From NCBI GenBank assembly GCA_938074565.1, contig CALJEQ010000012.1, forward strand, positions 13,247 to 77,246: 64,000 nucleotides of DNA, written 5' to 3'. Below the pieces are notes generated by a model. The model saw only the letters and a list, made by a program, of their open reading frames with translations, was not told where the DNA came from and searched no databases. This document shows positions 8,433 to 16,264 of the stretch, piece by piece (positions within the stretch are counted from its first letter, which is position 1; every line of letters starts with the position of its first letter). The position numbers were made by a program, and so were the translations under genes. This DNA is from an uncultured Alkaliphilus sp. (GTDB lineage Bacteria > Bacillota > Clostridia > Peptostreptococcales > Natronincolaceae).

Positions 8433-10799
8433 TTACGCTCTCGTCTTCCAAATCTTCGTTACTAGTACCGTCATATCATCTTTTGGCTCATTTCCAGTAT
8501 ATTGAAGTGCTTGATATAATATCCTATCTGCTAATTCTTGTGGATTTCTAGTAGTGGATTGATTTAAATAATTCAGCACCCAATCTTCTCCTCCTGCTTT
8601 ATTAACTTCTAATATACCATCTGAAATCATAACGATAAAATCTCCTTCATTTAAATCTCTATAGTTTTTTTCCACCTCAATTTCTGACAATATACCAATT
8701 GGTAGACTTGAGGGGTTAATAATTTCTACTTCCCCATCATTTCTTTTAATATATCCAGGAGCACTACCAATTTTAGTAAAATCAGCTCTACCCTCATGTA
8801 GATCAATCATGGTCATATCAATAGTGGAAAATATTTCTTCTGAAGATTTTAACATTAGCATTGAATTAATTGTTTTAATGGTCATTTCTTGCCTAAAACC
8901 TGCCTCTATCATCTTTTCCAACATTGCAATGGTGGCACTAGACTGTAAGTGGGCTTTTTCACCCGTTCCCATACCATCACTAAGGGCAATTAAAAACTCG
9001 TTATTTTTAATATTCATAAAACTATAGGAATCACCTGATAATAAATTACCTTCGTTGGTGGCTCTAGCTACTTTTGTTATTGCAGCAAACCTATTTGCCT
9101 CCACTAAAGTAAAACTACAAGTCCCTTTACTATGGGGGTTACTACATCTATGTATTTTTTTAGTTAATTGATACCCTAAAGCTTTTGAAATGACAGGTAC
9201 ATATCTTTCCACACAATCTTGCCTTCCATAACAAGGTCTCCGTTCTATAGTAATCTCTAGTTTTCCCTTTTCATTAGTAGACACCAGCAAACGATTTACC
9301 GATAACCCTGCCTTATCCAATTCAACATAAATATTATCTTCCAGTTCTGTATCAAATAATATTTCGCTGTTCACTTCTTCTGCAAGGGATTGTATTCCAT
9401 TAGCCATCCCTTTTAACTGTTCTCCCACCAATTCTTTACCTTCCAATAATTTTTTCTTCCAAATCATATTTAAACGACTATATTCATGTAATGTAATCAT
9501 TTTTTCAATTACTTCCCTAGCTTTAACACATCTTTTTCTTATTTGCTCCGGCAAACTCCGTTGGTCTAACTCAGCTCTTGTTTCTATTAATAATAACAGG
9601 TCCGTCATCCCTTGATATGTATTGTAAAAGTTGGTTTGCCAACAATTTCTCCTCATTCCGCAGTCAGAACAAACCCCTTCTGCCATTTTTTCTATTAGTT
9701 TTGAAAGGTCGTCCTGTCCAAAAGCTTCCACCCGTTCTGCCATATTTTCAAAAGTAACGGATAATTCAGTAAAAGTTTGAGAGAAATCTGAAAGTTTTTC
9801 ATATATTTGTTTTTTTATTTCATCCCCATAAGTTTTACTGGTATGCATAACCCCCAATGCTGGACTGCTATATTTTTGTAATTCTAAAATCCATGTTGTA
9901 GGAATAACTAAAAACAAAAAGAAAGCACCAATAATTTCTTTCATTTGAATTAAAACTTCATAATATCCATTAATATAAAAGGTTAATATGGTATTTCCTA
10001 AAAGAAAACCAAAGGCACTTCCAAACTTTCCTAAGTCTTTAAAAATCCCTGCTAATAACCCCGAAAACCCAAAAATTCCAATGATAGTAGGTGGCATTCC
10101 ATTGGTGGACATACTGGTAATCAAACCTAAAGTAACTCCCACAGAAGCCCCTACACTGGCTCCTCCATTATATGCAAATATGATGGTAATAAGTATTCCC
10201 AACAAATTCTTTAGCGAAACACCCAACAAATCTATATCATTTACTCCTGATAAAGTTAATGCCATGAGTATTGCTACACAAATTATTTCTTCTGTTGCTA
10301 ATATTTTACGTTGGCTTTTTTGAAGAGCTATAGGTATTGCATAGCAGGAAATATAAACAATTACGAAAATAACCATTGCTTCAAAAGTAACCATCATTAA
10401 ATCATATAGATAAAAATTAGAAAATATAACGAATAGTGACGCCACTACAAAATAAATCGTTCCACTGATAAAAGATACTGTTAGTATTTTATATTTCCTA
10501 GTATTTAAGAAATATGTAAAAGTTATTATAATTGCAACCAATGCAATTCCATAAGGTAGGCTTCCATTTACGCCTTGTACCGTCATAATACCTAATAAAG
10601 TTGTTACCCCCACCGATAAATACTTTTTGTTTTTATAACAGAGGGCTGTATAAAAGCCAATTCCGAAAGGTGTTAAACTTTCCAATATACCTGCTCTACC
10701 CAATAAAAAAGCTACTATATGCAAAAGTAGCAGACTTTTATTACTGAACAGTTCTAGAATCCTTTTTTCATGTAGATATGTAGTTGATCTTTCTGCCAT
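8433..10799 (-). CDS. spoIIE: Stage II sporulation protein E (membrane PP2C phosphatase)
   Basis: 788 aa. The N-terminal ~320 aa form about 10 hydrophobic helices. The C-terminal PP2C/SpoIIE domain contains GDSYSF...ALSDGMGTGEKAH...MISDGILE. The gene sits at the same position as spoIIE in B. subtilis. Confidence 0.9.
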   Translation of the reverse strand: MAERSTTYLHEKRILELFSNKSLLLLHIVAFLLGRAGILESLTPFGIGFYTALCYKNKKYLSVGVTTLLGIMTVQGVNGSLPYGIALVAIIITFTYFLNTRKYKILTVSFISGTIYFVVASLFVIFSNFYLYDLMMVTFEAMVIFVIVYISCYAIPIALQKSQRKILATEEIICVAILMALTLSGVNDIDLLGVSLKNLLGILITIIFAYNGGASVGASVGVTLGLITSMSTNGMPPTIIGIFGFSGLLAGIFKDLGKFGSAFGFLLGNTILTFYINGYYEVLIQMKEIIGAFFLFLVIPTTWILELQKYSSPALGVMHTSKTYGDEIKKQIYEKLSDFSQTFTELSVTFENMAERVEAFGQDDLSKLIEKMAEGVCSDCGMRRNCWQTNFYNTYQGMTDLLLLIETRAELDQRSLPEQIRKRCVKAREVIEKMITLHEYSRLNMIWKKKLLEGKELVGEQLKGMANGIQSLAEEVNSEILFDTELEDNIYVELDKAGLSVNRLLVSTNEKGKLEITIERRPCYGRQDCVERYVPVISKALGYQLTKKIHRCSNPHSKGTCSFTLVEANRFAAITKVARATNEGNLLSGDSYSFMNIKNNEFLIALSDGMGTGEKAHLQSSATIAMLEKMIEAGFRQEMTIKTINSMLMLKSSEEIFSTIDMTMIDLHEGRADFTKIGSAPGYIKRNDGEVEIINPSSLPIGILSEIEVEKNYRDLNEGDFIVMISDGILEVNKAGGEDWVLNYLNQSTTRNPQELADRILYQALQYTGNEPKDDMTVLVTKIWKTRA

Positions 10800-10858
10800 A
10801 TTGACACCATCCCTTAATTAATTTCGTATCAATAGCATAGCAAAAAATGATTAAAAGA

Positions 10859-10921
10859 TTTGTCAGTAATAGTGGACAGCTTCCCAAAAGTTTTTGACAA
10901 ATGATTGGTATGACTGACAAA
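10859..10921 (-). promoter_or_regulatory. Three Spo0A-box-like elements upstream of spoIIE
   Basis: The octamer (C/T)TGACAAA occurs three times within 63 nt: tttgtcag at 10859-10866 (inverted), ttgacaaa at 10894-10901 and ctgacaaa at 10914-10921. On the coding strand these read TTTGTCA(A/G), one mismatch from the 0A-box core TGTCGAA. B. subtilis spoIIE is Spo0A-activated. Confidence 0.3.
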
Positions 10922-11017
10922 CTTTCTTAAATAGATAGTACTTCAGACAGATAAACATATATAATTCATGGTTATTTTGGCGACTGCTAGGGAGTGGGGC
11001 AGAACGATTATTTGAAT

Positions 11018-11052
11018 AAAAAAAATAACCCATCATATACTAATGGATTATC
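11018..11052 (-). terminator. Intrinsic terminator after ppx
   Basis: On the minus strand: ATAATCCAT-tagtatat-ATGGGTTAT (9 bp including one G-U pair), followed by TTTTTTTT. Confidence 0.6.
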
Positions 11053-11068
11053 CTTTTAGAAGGTTTTT

Positions 11069-11992
11069 TCAATTTATATTATTGAGTTTTGTATAAAGTA
11101 ACCCCTCTAAATTATCGTATTCACTAACGGTTAAATAGGTTATATTCAAAAGCTCCATAACTGCTGTCATTATCATCATACCCGCTACAATAATGTCTGC
11201 TCGTTTAGGATGTAACCCCTTTAATTGTTTTCTCTCTTCAAGGGTTAATTCTTTGAGGTTATTTTGCAATTTAATAATTTCTGTTAAGTCCATTGTATAA
11301 CCATGTACTTTATTCATGTCATAGGGGTCTAATTTTTGATGTAGGGCTGCTATAGTAGTTGCTGTACCCCCAATACCAATTATCGCCTCTAAATTTCTTG
11401 GATAGTTTATTAATGCCTCTTCTAACTGTTGCTTAATACCTTCTAATAATTTTTCAAGTTCTTTTGGTGATGGTGGGTCTGTGGTAATAAATCGTTCTGT
11501 CATCCTTAATGCACCTACGTTATAACTATTACCTTCTATTATACTTTCTTGATTACCTAAAATAAGTTCTGTGCTGCCACCACCTATATCAATCAAAAAA
11601 ACCGATGAAGTTGGCTCTGTTAAGCCCAATAGCACTCCCTTATAGCCTAATTTAGCTTCTTCTTTCCCATCTATAATGTTTATTGTGATATTGGTTTTTT
11701 CATATGCCTTATCAACAAATTCCTGTCCATTTTCTGCATCCCGTACAGCACTAGTGGCAATTGCCCAGATTTCTGTTGCTCCCCATTCTTGAGCTTGATT
11801 TACAAATTTATCAAAAGCAATCAAATTGATTTCTAAACCTTCTGGTGTTATTCTGCCAGCTGAATCTACTGACTTCCCAATACGAGTAGTATTAATAAAT
11901 TTTTGCCTATGTAATATTTTTTGCCCTTCCATTTCAACTAATAGTAATCTCATGGAATTAGTGCCTATATCAATGGCCGCATATTTCTTCAT
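11069..11992 (-). CDS. ppx: Ppx/GppA-family exopolyphosphatase / guanosine pentaphosphate phosphohydrolase
   Basis: The ASKHA-fold motifs AAIDIGTNSMRLLL and DIGGGSTELI are present. Length is 307 aa. Confidence 0.85.
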   Translation of the reverse strand: MKKYAAIDIGTNSMRLLLVEMEGQKILHRQKFINTTRIGKSVDSAGRITPEGLEINLIAFDKFVNQAQEWGATEIWAIATSAVRDAENGQEFVDKAYEKTNITINIIDGKEEAKLGYKGVLLGLTEPTSSVFLIDIGGGSTELILGNQESIIEGNSYNVGALRMTERFITTDPPSPKELEKLLEGIKQQLEEALINYPRNLEAIIGIGGTATTIAALHQKLDPYDMNKVHGYTMDLTEIIKLQNNLKELTLEERKQLKGLHPKRADIIVAGMMIMTAVMELLNITYLTVSEYDNLEGLLYTKLNNIN

Positions 11993-12022
11993 CTACCCTC
12001 ACCTCTCCTTTAAAATTATATA

Positions 12023-12046
12023 TAAAAAAAAGCCGGCTACCCGGCT
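12023..12046 (-). terminator. Intrinsic terminator after the S1-domain gene
   Basis: On the minus strand: AGCCGGGTAGCCGGCT followed by TTTTTTTT. Confidence 0.7.
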
Positions 12047-12051
12047 TGAAT

Positions 12052-12474
12052 TTATTCTTTAAATACTTTTTTGGAATGACCATTACCTCTTCTATTGCTT
12101 TTACTTTTACTCTTTAAAGTTTGCATTTTTTCATCGCTATCTTTTAAAAACCTGTTCATTTTATCTTCAAAAGACAAAGCATCTGTTTCAATTGATTTTG
12201 ACCAATCAAATTCAGCAGGTTTTACACTTTTCTTTTTAGGTGGGGCCGCTTGTTTAATCGACAAGCTGATTTTACCATCTTTTTCTACAGATAAAACTTT
12301 AACTTTAACCTTTTGACTTTCTTTTAAGTATTCATGAATGTTTTTTACATAATCATTCGCAACTTCCGAAATATGCACAAGTCCTGTTTTACCTTCTCCT
12401 AAATCAATGAAGGCTCCAAAATTTGTAATACCAGAAACTGTGCCCTCTAGAATATTTCCTACCTCTACCGGCAT
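12052..12474 (-). CDS. yabR: S1 RNA-binding domain protein (YabR-like)
   Basis: The S1 domain reads VGNILEGTVSGITNFGAFIDLGEGKTGLVHISEVANDYVKNIHEYL. The gene sits at the yabR position of the B. subtilis cluster. Confidence 0.8.
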   Translation of the reverse strand: MPVEVGNILEGTVSGITNFGAFIDLGEGKTGLVHISEVANDYVKNIHEYLKESQKVKVKVLSVEKDGKISLSIKQAAPPKKKSVKPAEFDWSKSIETDALSFEDKMNRFLKDSDEKMQTLKSKSKSNRRGNGHSKKVFKE

Positions 12475-12571
12475 AGACCTACTATTCCTCCTTCTAAAGT
12501 ATCAATCTCGCATACTATATTATCATACAATATGTATTATATCACAACGAATATGAAAGGTATACAATTTT

Positions 12572-12871
12572 TTACCTTTCTCGTTTTCCAAGATCAATAA
12601 AAATTATTTCATTAGCCCCAATCATCTTTAATTGTTCTCTGGCAATTTTTTCTATGTACTGATCACTATGGGCATTTTCAATATTTTCTTTCATGTTATT
12701 TATTTCTTCTTCCGTTTGACTAATCTGTTGCTGGTACTGATTTTTCAAGTTTTTTAAGTAAGTCAACTCTTGTGATTGCTCATAAAGGGTGAACAGTACA
12801 TACCCTCCAATAAAGACTAATATACTTAAAAATATTAAATTACTGAAGTTTCTTCTTTTTTTCTTAGTCAA
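12572..12871 (-). CDS. divIC: Septum formation initiator family protein (DivIC/FtsB)
   Basis: It has an N-terminal TM helix, a coiled coil and the conserved C-terminal motif IEKIAREQLKMIGANEIIF. The position matches the B. subtilis cluster. Confidence 0.8.
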   Translation of the reverse strand: MTKKKRRNFSNLIFLSILVFIGGYVLFTLYEQSQELTYLKNLKNQYQQQISQTEEEINNMKENIENAHSDQYIEKIAREQLKMIGANEIIFIDLGKRER

Positions 12872-12916
12872 CTGTTCTACACCTCCATTTGTTTTCCTTT
12901 TTTAAATCTTATTATT

Positions 12917-13429
12917 TTATTTTTTCTTAATGTAATGAATAATACTCCTTTTATAATCGGATGCTACTCGATAAGGTAACTTTAAAATTCGCTTAGATTT
13001 ATAGTATACTGGTTTAGTCTTTTTTTTACAATAGGAATATGGTACGGAAATTAGACAAATACCGACATGAAACGGGTATATAATTAATTGCCCCATGTCT
13101 TTAGTAAACTGTTTTAAAAGCCTAATAATTAATATAAGTGATTTAATAATTTTATCACTTAATAAATAATAATACACTAGTACTCCAATAATAAACCCTA
13201 AAAAATTATAAAACCTTAAATCTCCTTTGTTACTAAATATCAATACATAAAAAGAAACGATGGTGATAATACTCCAAAAAAGCACATCTTGAATATTGGT
13301 TGCCAGTTTTTTAGGTTTGAAAACCCCCCGAAATACTTTGTAAAGATCATAAATAAAACCGATTAATATACCACCATAAATGGTAGCCAGCAAAATATAC
13401 GTTTCATGGTAAACTGAATACATATTCAT
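12917..13429 (-). CDS. yabQ: Spore cortex biosynthesis membrane protein YabQ
   Basis: A multi-pass membrane protein with the YabQ-type motif YGGILIGFIYDLYKVFR. It lies downstream of yabP. Confidence 0.75.
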   Translation of the reverse strand: MNMYSVYHETYILLATIYGGILIGFIYDLYKVFRGVFKPKKLATNIQDVLFWSIITIVSFYVLIFSNKGDLRFYNFLGFIIGVLVYYYLLSDKIIKSLILIIRLLKQFTKDMGQLIIYPFHVGICLISVPYSYCKKKTKPVYYKSKRILKLPYRVASDYKRSIIHYIKKK

Positions 13430-13501
13430 TTCTAATCACCTCTGAAGGTTTATGGTATCTTTTCTATTCTATGTCAAAATAACGTAAAAGGTGAATGTCC
13501 G

Positions 13502-13535
13502 AAAAAAAATAGTCGTCGAATTTTTTCGACGACTA
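13502..13535 (-). terminator. Strong stem-loop with U-tract overlapping the yabP stop codon
   Basis: A perfect 11-bp palindrome pairs tagtcgtcgaa (13510-13520) with ttcgacgacta (13525-13535). On the minus strand it is followed by TTTTTTTT. Confidence 0.7.
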
Positions 13536-13832
13536 TTTAAATAGTTTTCCTAGAAAACCTGATCCTTTATTAGCAAAAGAATCTTTTTCACTATAAACCA
13601 TAGAATAGATATTCCCTTGAATAATAACATTTCCATCTTCTAGGTTCAGTTTATTTACATCTAAGTCATATCCTTTTATGGTCATAGCCCCTGCCACTGT
13701 TTCCAACGTAATTAATTCACTATTAAAACTATTAACATGCTCAACTCCTGAAATAGATAGTTTTTCTCTATTTTCCATTATTACATTATGGCTTCTGCTA
13801 CGATTTGTTTTTCGTTCTTCCATAGCCTTCAC
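13533..13832 (-). CDS. yabP: Sporulation protein YabP
   Basis: The YabP-family core reads MENREKLSISGVEHVNSFNSELITLETVAGAMTIKGYDLDVNKLNLEDGNVIIQGNI. Confidence 0.85.
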   Translation of the reverse strand: MKAMEERKTNRSRSHNVIMENREKLSISGVEHVNSFNSELITLETVAGAMTIKGYDLDVNKLNLEDGNVIIQGNIYSMVYSEKDSFANKGSGFLGKLFK

Positions 13833-13893
13833 CTTCCCATTCTAATTTCTAATAGTTTATGAATGGAATAAAGGTAATAGAACTAATGAAGGG

Positions 13894-14874
13894 TTATTCC
13901 CATAATTTAATAATATTTACACCCTTAAAATAGTGCTTAATAATTCTTTCTGCATTATTTCCCTCTTTTGCCATTTGAAAGGCTCCCCATTGGCTCATTC
14001 CTACACCATGTCCATATCCTGTACCACTTATTGTTACTTTATCCCCTTCAACAGAAATGTTATTAAGTAAATTAGACTTCATTTTTGTACTGTCAAGGGC
14101 TATTCTAAAGGCAGGTGCGGCTACCGTTACTTCACCAATTTTAAGTTTAGTTGCTCTTCCCGAAGGACCTTTTTCTAATATTTCAATGCTATTAAAATCA
14201 CCAATATTATGTCCTTGTTTTTTACCCGCTTCTACAACTTCACTCTTTGAAAAGGTAGCAGTCCAATTTACATCGTCTTCTGGGGCTTCTGGTGAGTCAG
14301 GAGATTCAATTACTTGTATATAGGGGGGTTCTTCTGCATCAAACCCTAAACCCTCCTGTGCGGTGGCTGTTTTCCCTCCTGCGTGGGCATGAAACCATGC
14401 CTTTACATATTCATTATCAGATACCACCACTCGTCCTCTTGTTTGCTTTACCGCAGCTTTAATTCTTTCATTTACTTTAGCAGCATCCCAAGCTTGTGCT
14501 TCTTCAATATCCGTTGACACATCTGCTCCTTCGTATTTAGAGCCACCTTTGTCAGTAATAAACTCCATAACAAAAGTTCTTGCTAAGATTGCCTGTGCCG
14601 CCAAAGCTTCTTCTGGCCAGTCATTATGCATTTCACCAGCCAATACACCTTCTAAATACTCTTCAAACTTCATTTCTTTTATGGTTTTTTCATCCACAAT
14701 GTAAACCTTTAGAGTAGGCTCAACCCCTTCACCCTCTGTTATTTCTTCTGGAATAGGTGGCTTTTCTTCCGTCCCTCTACCTTGTGGTGGTCTTTCAGCT
14801 GGCCTACAACCCATTACTGCAAATACCATTAAAAAAACAATTAAGTATAAAGAAATCTTTTTATACCTTTTCAT
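13894..14874 (-). CDS. spoIID: SpoIID/LytB-domain lipoprotein (stage II sporulation protein D-like lytic transglycosylase)
   Basis: The signal peptide with lipobox is FAVMGC. The SpoIID domain contains LEGVLAGEM...EALAAQAILARTF and HAHAGGKTA...GHGVGMSQWGA. Confidence 0.85.
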   Translation of the reverse strand: MKRYKKISLYLIVFLMVFAVMGCRPAERPPQGRGTEEKPPIPEEITEGEGVEPTLKVYIVDEKTIKEMKFEEYLEGVLAGEMHNDWPEEALAAQAILARTFVMEFITDKGGSKYEGADVSTDIEEAQAWDAAKVNERIKAAVKQTRGRVVVSDNEYVKAWFHAHAGGKTATAQEGLGFDAEEPPYIQVIESPDSPEAPEDDVNWTATFSKSEVVEAGKKQGHNIGDFNSIEILEKGPSGRATKLKIGEVTVAAPAFRIALDSTKMKSNLLNNISVEGDKVTISGTGYGHGVGMSQWGAFQMAKEGNNAERIIKHYFKGVNIIKLWE

Positions 14875-14956
14875 ATTACTCCTCCTTTTATCTCTTACTA
14901 TACAACAATAGTTTGATATTAGTATTTGATAAAAAGGTTTAAGTATGCAAAAATTT

Positions 14957-15202
14957 CTAATCTTCTATAACTCTAAACATTTCTTTTGCCCCATCTTTTG
15001 TCACATGCTCTGCCACATTGGTAATTTCTGCTTTAAATAGTTTGTCTCCAAATTGTATTTCTATTATGTCTCCCTCTGCTACTTCTGTTCCCGGTTTAGC
15101 CACCTTATCATTAACTTTTACTCTGCCATTTTCACTTGCCTCTTTAGCTATGGTTCTACGCTTAATAATTCTTGAATTTTTTAAGTATTTATCTAGACGC
15201 AT
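14957..15202 (-). CDS. yabO: S4-domain RNA-binding protein (YabO/Hsp15-like)
   Basis: MRLDKYLKNSRIIKRRTIAKEASENGRVKVNDKVAKPGTEV is a typical S4 domain. The position matches the B. subtilis cluster. Confidence 0.8.
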   Translation of the reverse strand: MRLDKYLKNSRIIKRRTIAKEASENGRVKVNDKVAKPGTEVAEGDIIEIQFGDKLFKAEITNVAEHVTKDGAKEMFRVIED

Positions 15203-15314
15203 TTTAAATCCCCCTATTGTATTTATATTTTAAATTTTTTACTTTGACACATCAAAGTTATATTTCTATTTCTATGTTTACCCCTTTAAGACCTTCCCTA
15301 TTAAAAAAAAACAT

Positions 15315-15352
15315 AAAAATAAGTTCTACTATAGTAAATAGAACTTATTTTT
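15315..15352 (-). terminator. Intrinsic terminator after the Pro/Gln-rich lipoprotein gene
   Basis: The hairpin is aaaaataagttcta...tagaacttattttt, flanked by A- and T-tracts. Confidence 0.6.
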
Positions 15353-15368
15353 AACTCTAATTCACTTA

Positions 15369-15656
15369 TTATCTTCTTGGTGTAACTGGTTGACCAGGTT
15401 GTTGCTCTGGTGCTGGTTGTTGTGGTAATCGATCTTGTGGTTGTGGTTGTCCTGGTAATGGTTGACCTGGCATTCTTTCATCACCAGGTACTACTGGTGC
15501 GCCTGGAGTTCTTTCTCCACCAGGTATTTGTTCTCCTGGTACTTGTTGTCTTTGTTCTGGCACTGGTACTGGTCTTTCAGCTGGTCTACAACCAGTGGTG
15601 GTCATAATTACAGCTAGAACAAGAGACGCTAATATTAATGTTGTTTTTCTTTTCAT
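15369..15656 (-). CDS. Small Pro/Gln/Glu-rich lipoprotein, predicted disordered
   Basis: GGAGGTG lies 7 nt upstream of the ATG. The signal peptide MKRKTTLILASLVLAVIMTTTGC ends in a lipobox Cys. The mature part is low-complexity (PGGERTPGAPVVPGDERMPGQPLPGQPQPQ). Its GC content is visibly higher than the surrounding sequence. Confidence 0.6.
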   Translation of the reverse strand: MKRKTTLILASLVLAVIMTTTGCRPAERPVPVPEQRQQVPGEQIPGGERTPGAPVVPGDERMPGQPLPGQPQPQDRLPQQPAPEQQPGQPVTPRR

Positions 15657-15794
15657 TTATATCACCTCCATTTTTATTGTTCTCCGAAGTAGCATTTTTA
15701 TAAGATAAATTTACTTGGGAAATTCTATAAACAATTTAATAGAGGACCGCTTCTATATCATCAATATACTGTGGGGTATTTTATGCAAAAAATA

Positions 15795-15846
15795 AAAAAG
15801 ATACTTCTTTAAACTGGATAGATTAAAGAAATATCTTTTTTATTTA
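15795..15846 (-). terminator. Intrinsic terminator after hup
   Basis: The hairpin pairs aaaaagatacttctttaa with ttaaagaaatatcttttt (one mismatch) and has flanking A/T tracts. Confidence 0.6.
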
Positions 15847-15867
15847 AACTTTTTATTGTACTAATAA

Positions 15868-16146
15868 TTAACCGTTAATTTTTTCTTTTAACGTTTTACC
15901 CGCTTTGAAAACAGGTGCTTTAGAAGCTGGAATGTCAATTACTTGCTCAGGATTTCTTGGATTTCTTCCTTGTCTTGGTTTTCTTTCTCTAACATCAAAA
16001 GTTCCAAATCCTACTAATTGAACTTTATCTCCTGTTTCTAGTGCTTCTTCAACACTTTCCATAAATGCATTTAATGCAAGCTCAGCGTCTTTTTTAGTTA
16101 AAGCACTTTTTTCTGCCATTTTAGCAACTAATTCAGCTTTGTTCAC
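15868..16146 (-). CDS. hup: DNA-binding protein HU
   Basis: (M)NKAELVAKMAEKSALTKKDAELALNAFMESV...GFGTFDVRERKPRQGRNPRNPEQVIDIPASKAPVFKAGKTLKEKI. The real start is the GTG at 16146, with AAGGAGG 9 nt upstream. The 13 extra codons in the track ORF (up to 16185) cover that RBS. Confidence 0.9.
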   Translation of the reverse strand: MNKAELVAKMAEKSALTKKDAELALNAFMESVEEALETGDKVQLVGFGTFDVRERKPRQGRNPRNPEQVIDIPASKAPVFKAGKTLKEKING

Positions 16147-16264
16147 TTTAAAAAACCTCCTTAAAATTAGAATACGTATAGTCATATTCTCTTTAAATTT
16201 TTAAAATCCTTCTTTTTAAAAGATTTTTAATGATTTTTTGTTTTATTTTGGTGATAATAGAAGA

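Noticed and set aside
8318-8551. A 77-aa plus-strand ORF between the regulator and spoIIE, considered as a second peptide gene
   Set aside because: It has no SD and no signal-like N-terminus. It overlaps the spoIIE 3' end and terminator, and its composition is AT-rich and low-complexity.
10975-11010. A GC-rich patch (ggcgactgctagggagtggggcagaacg) in the ppx-spoIIE spacer, considered as a tRNA or sRNA
   Set aside because: I saw no cloverleaf arms, no conserved T-loop (GTTCGAATC-like) and no convincing stable hairpin.
15410-15607. A 65-aa Val/Leu-rich plus-strand ORF
   Set aside because: It is the antisense reading of the Pro/Gln-rich lipoprotein gene, an artefact of the repetitive CCN/CAR codons.
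16147-16185. N-terminal extension of the HU ORF (MTIRILILRRFFK)
   Set aside because: The extension covers the AAGGAGG RBS that serves the GTG at 16146, and HU family proteins start at MNK.
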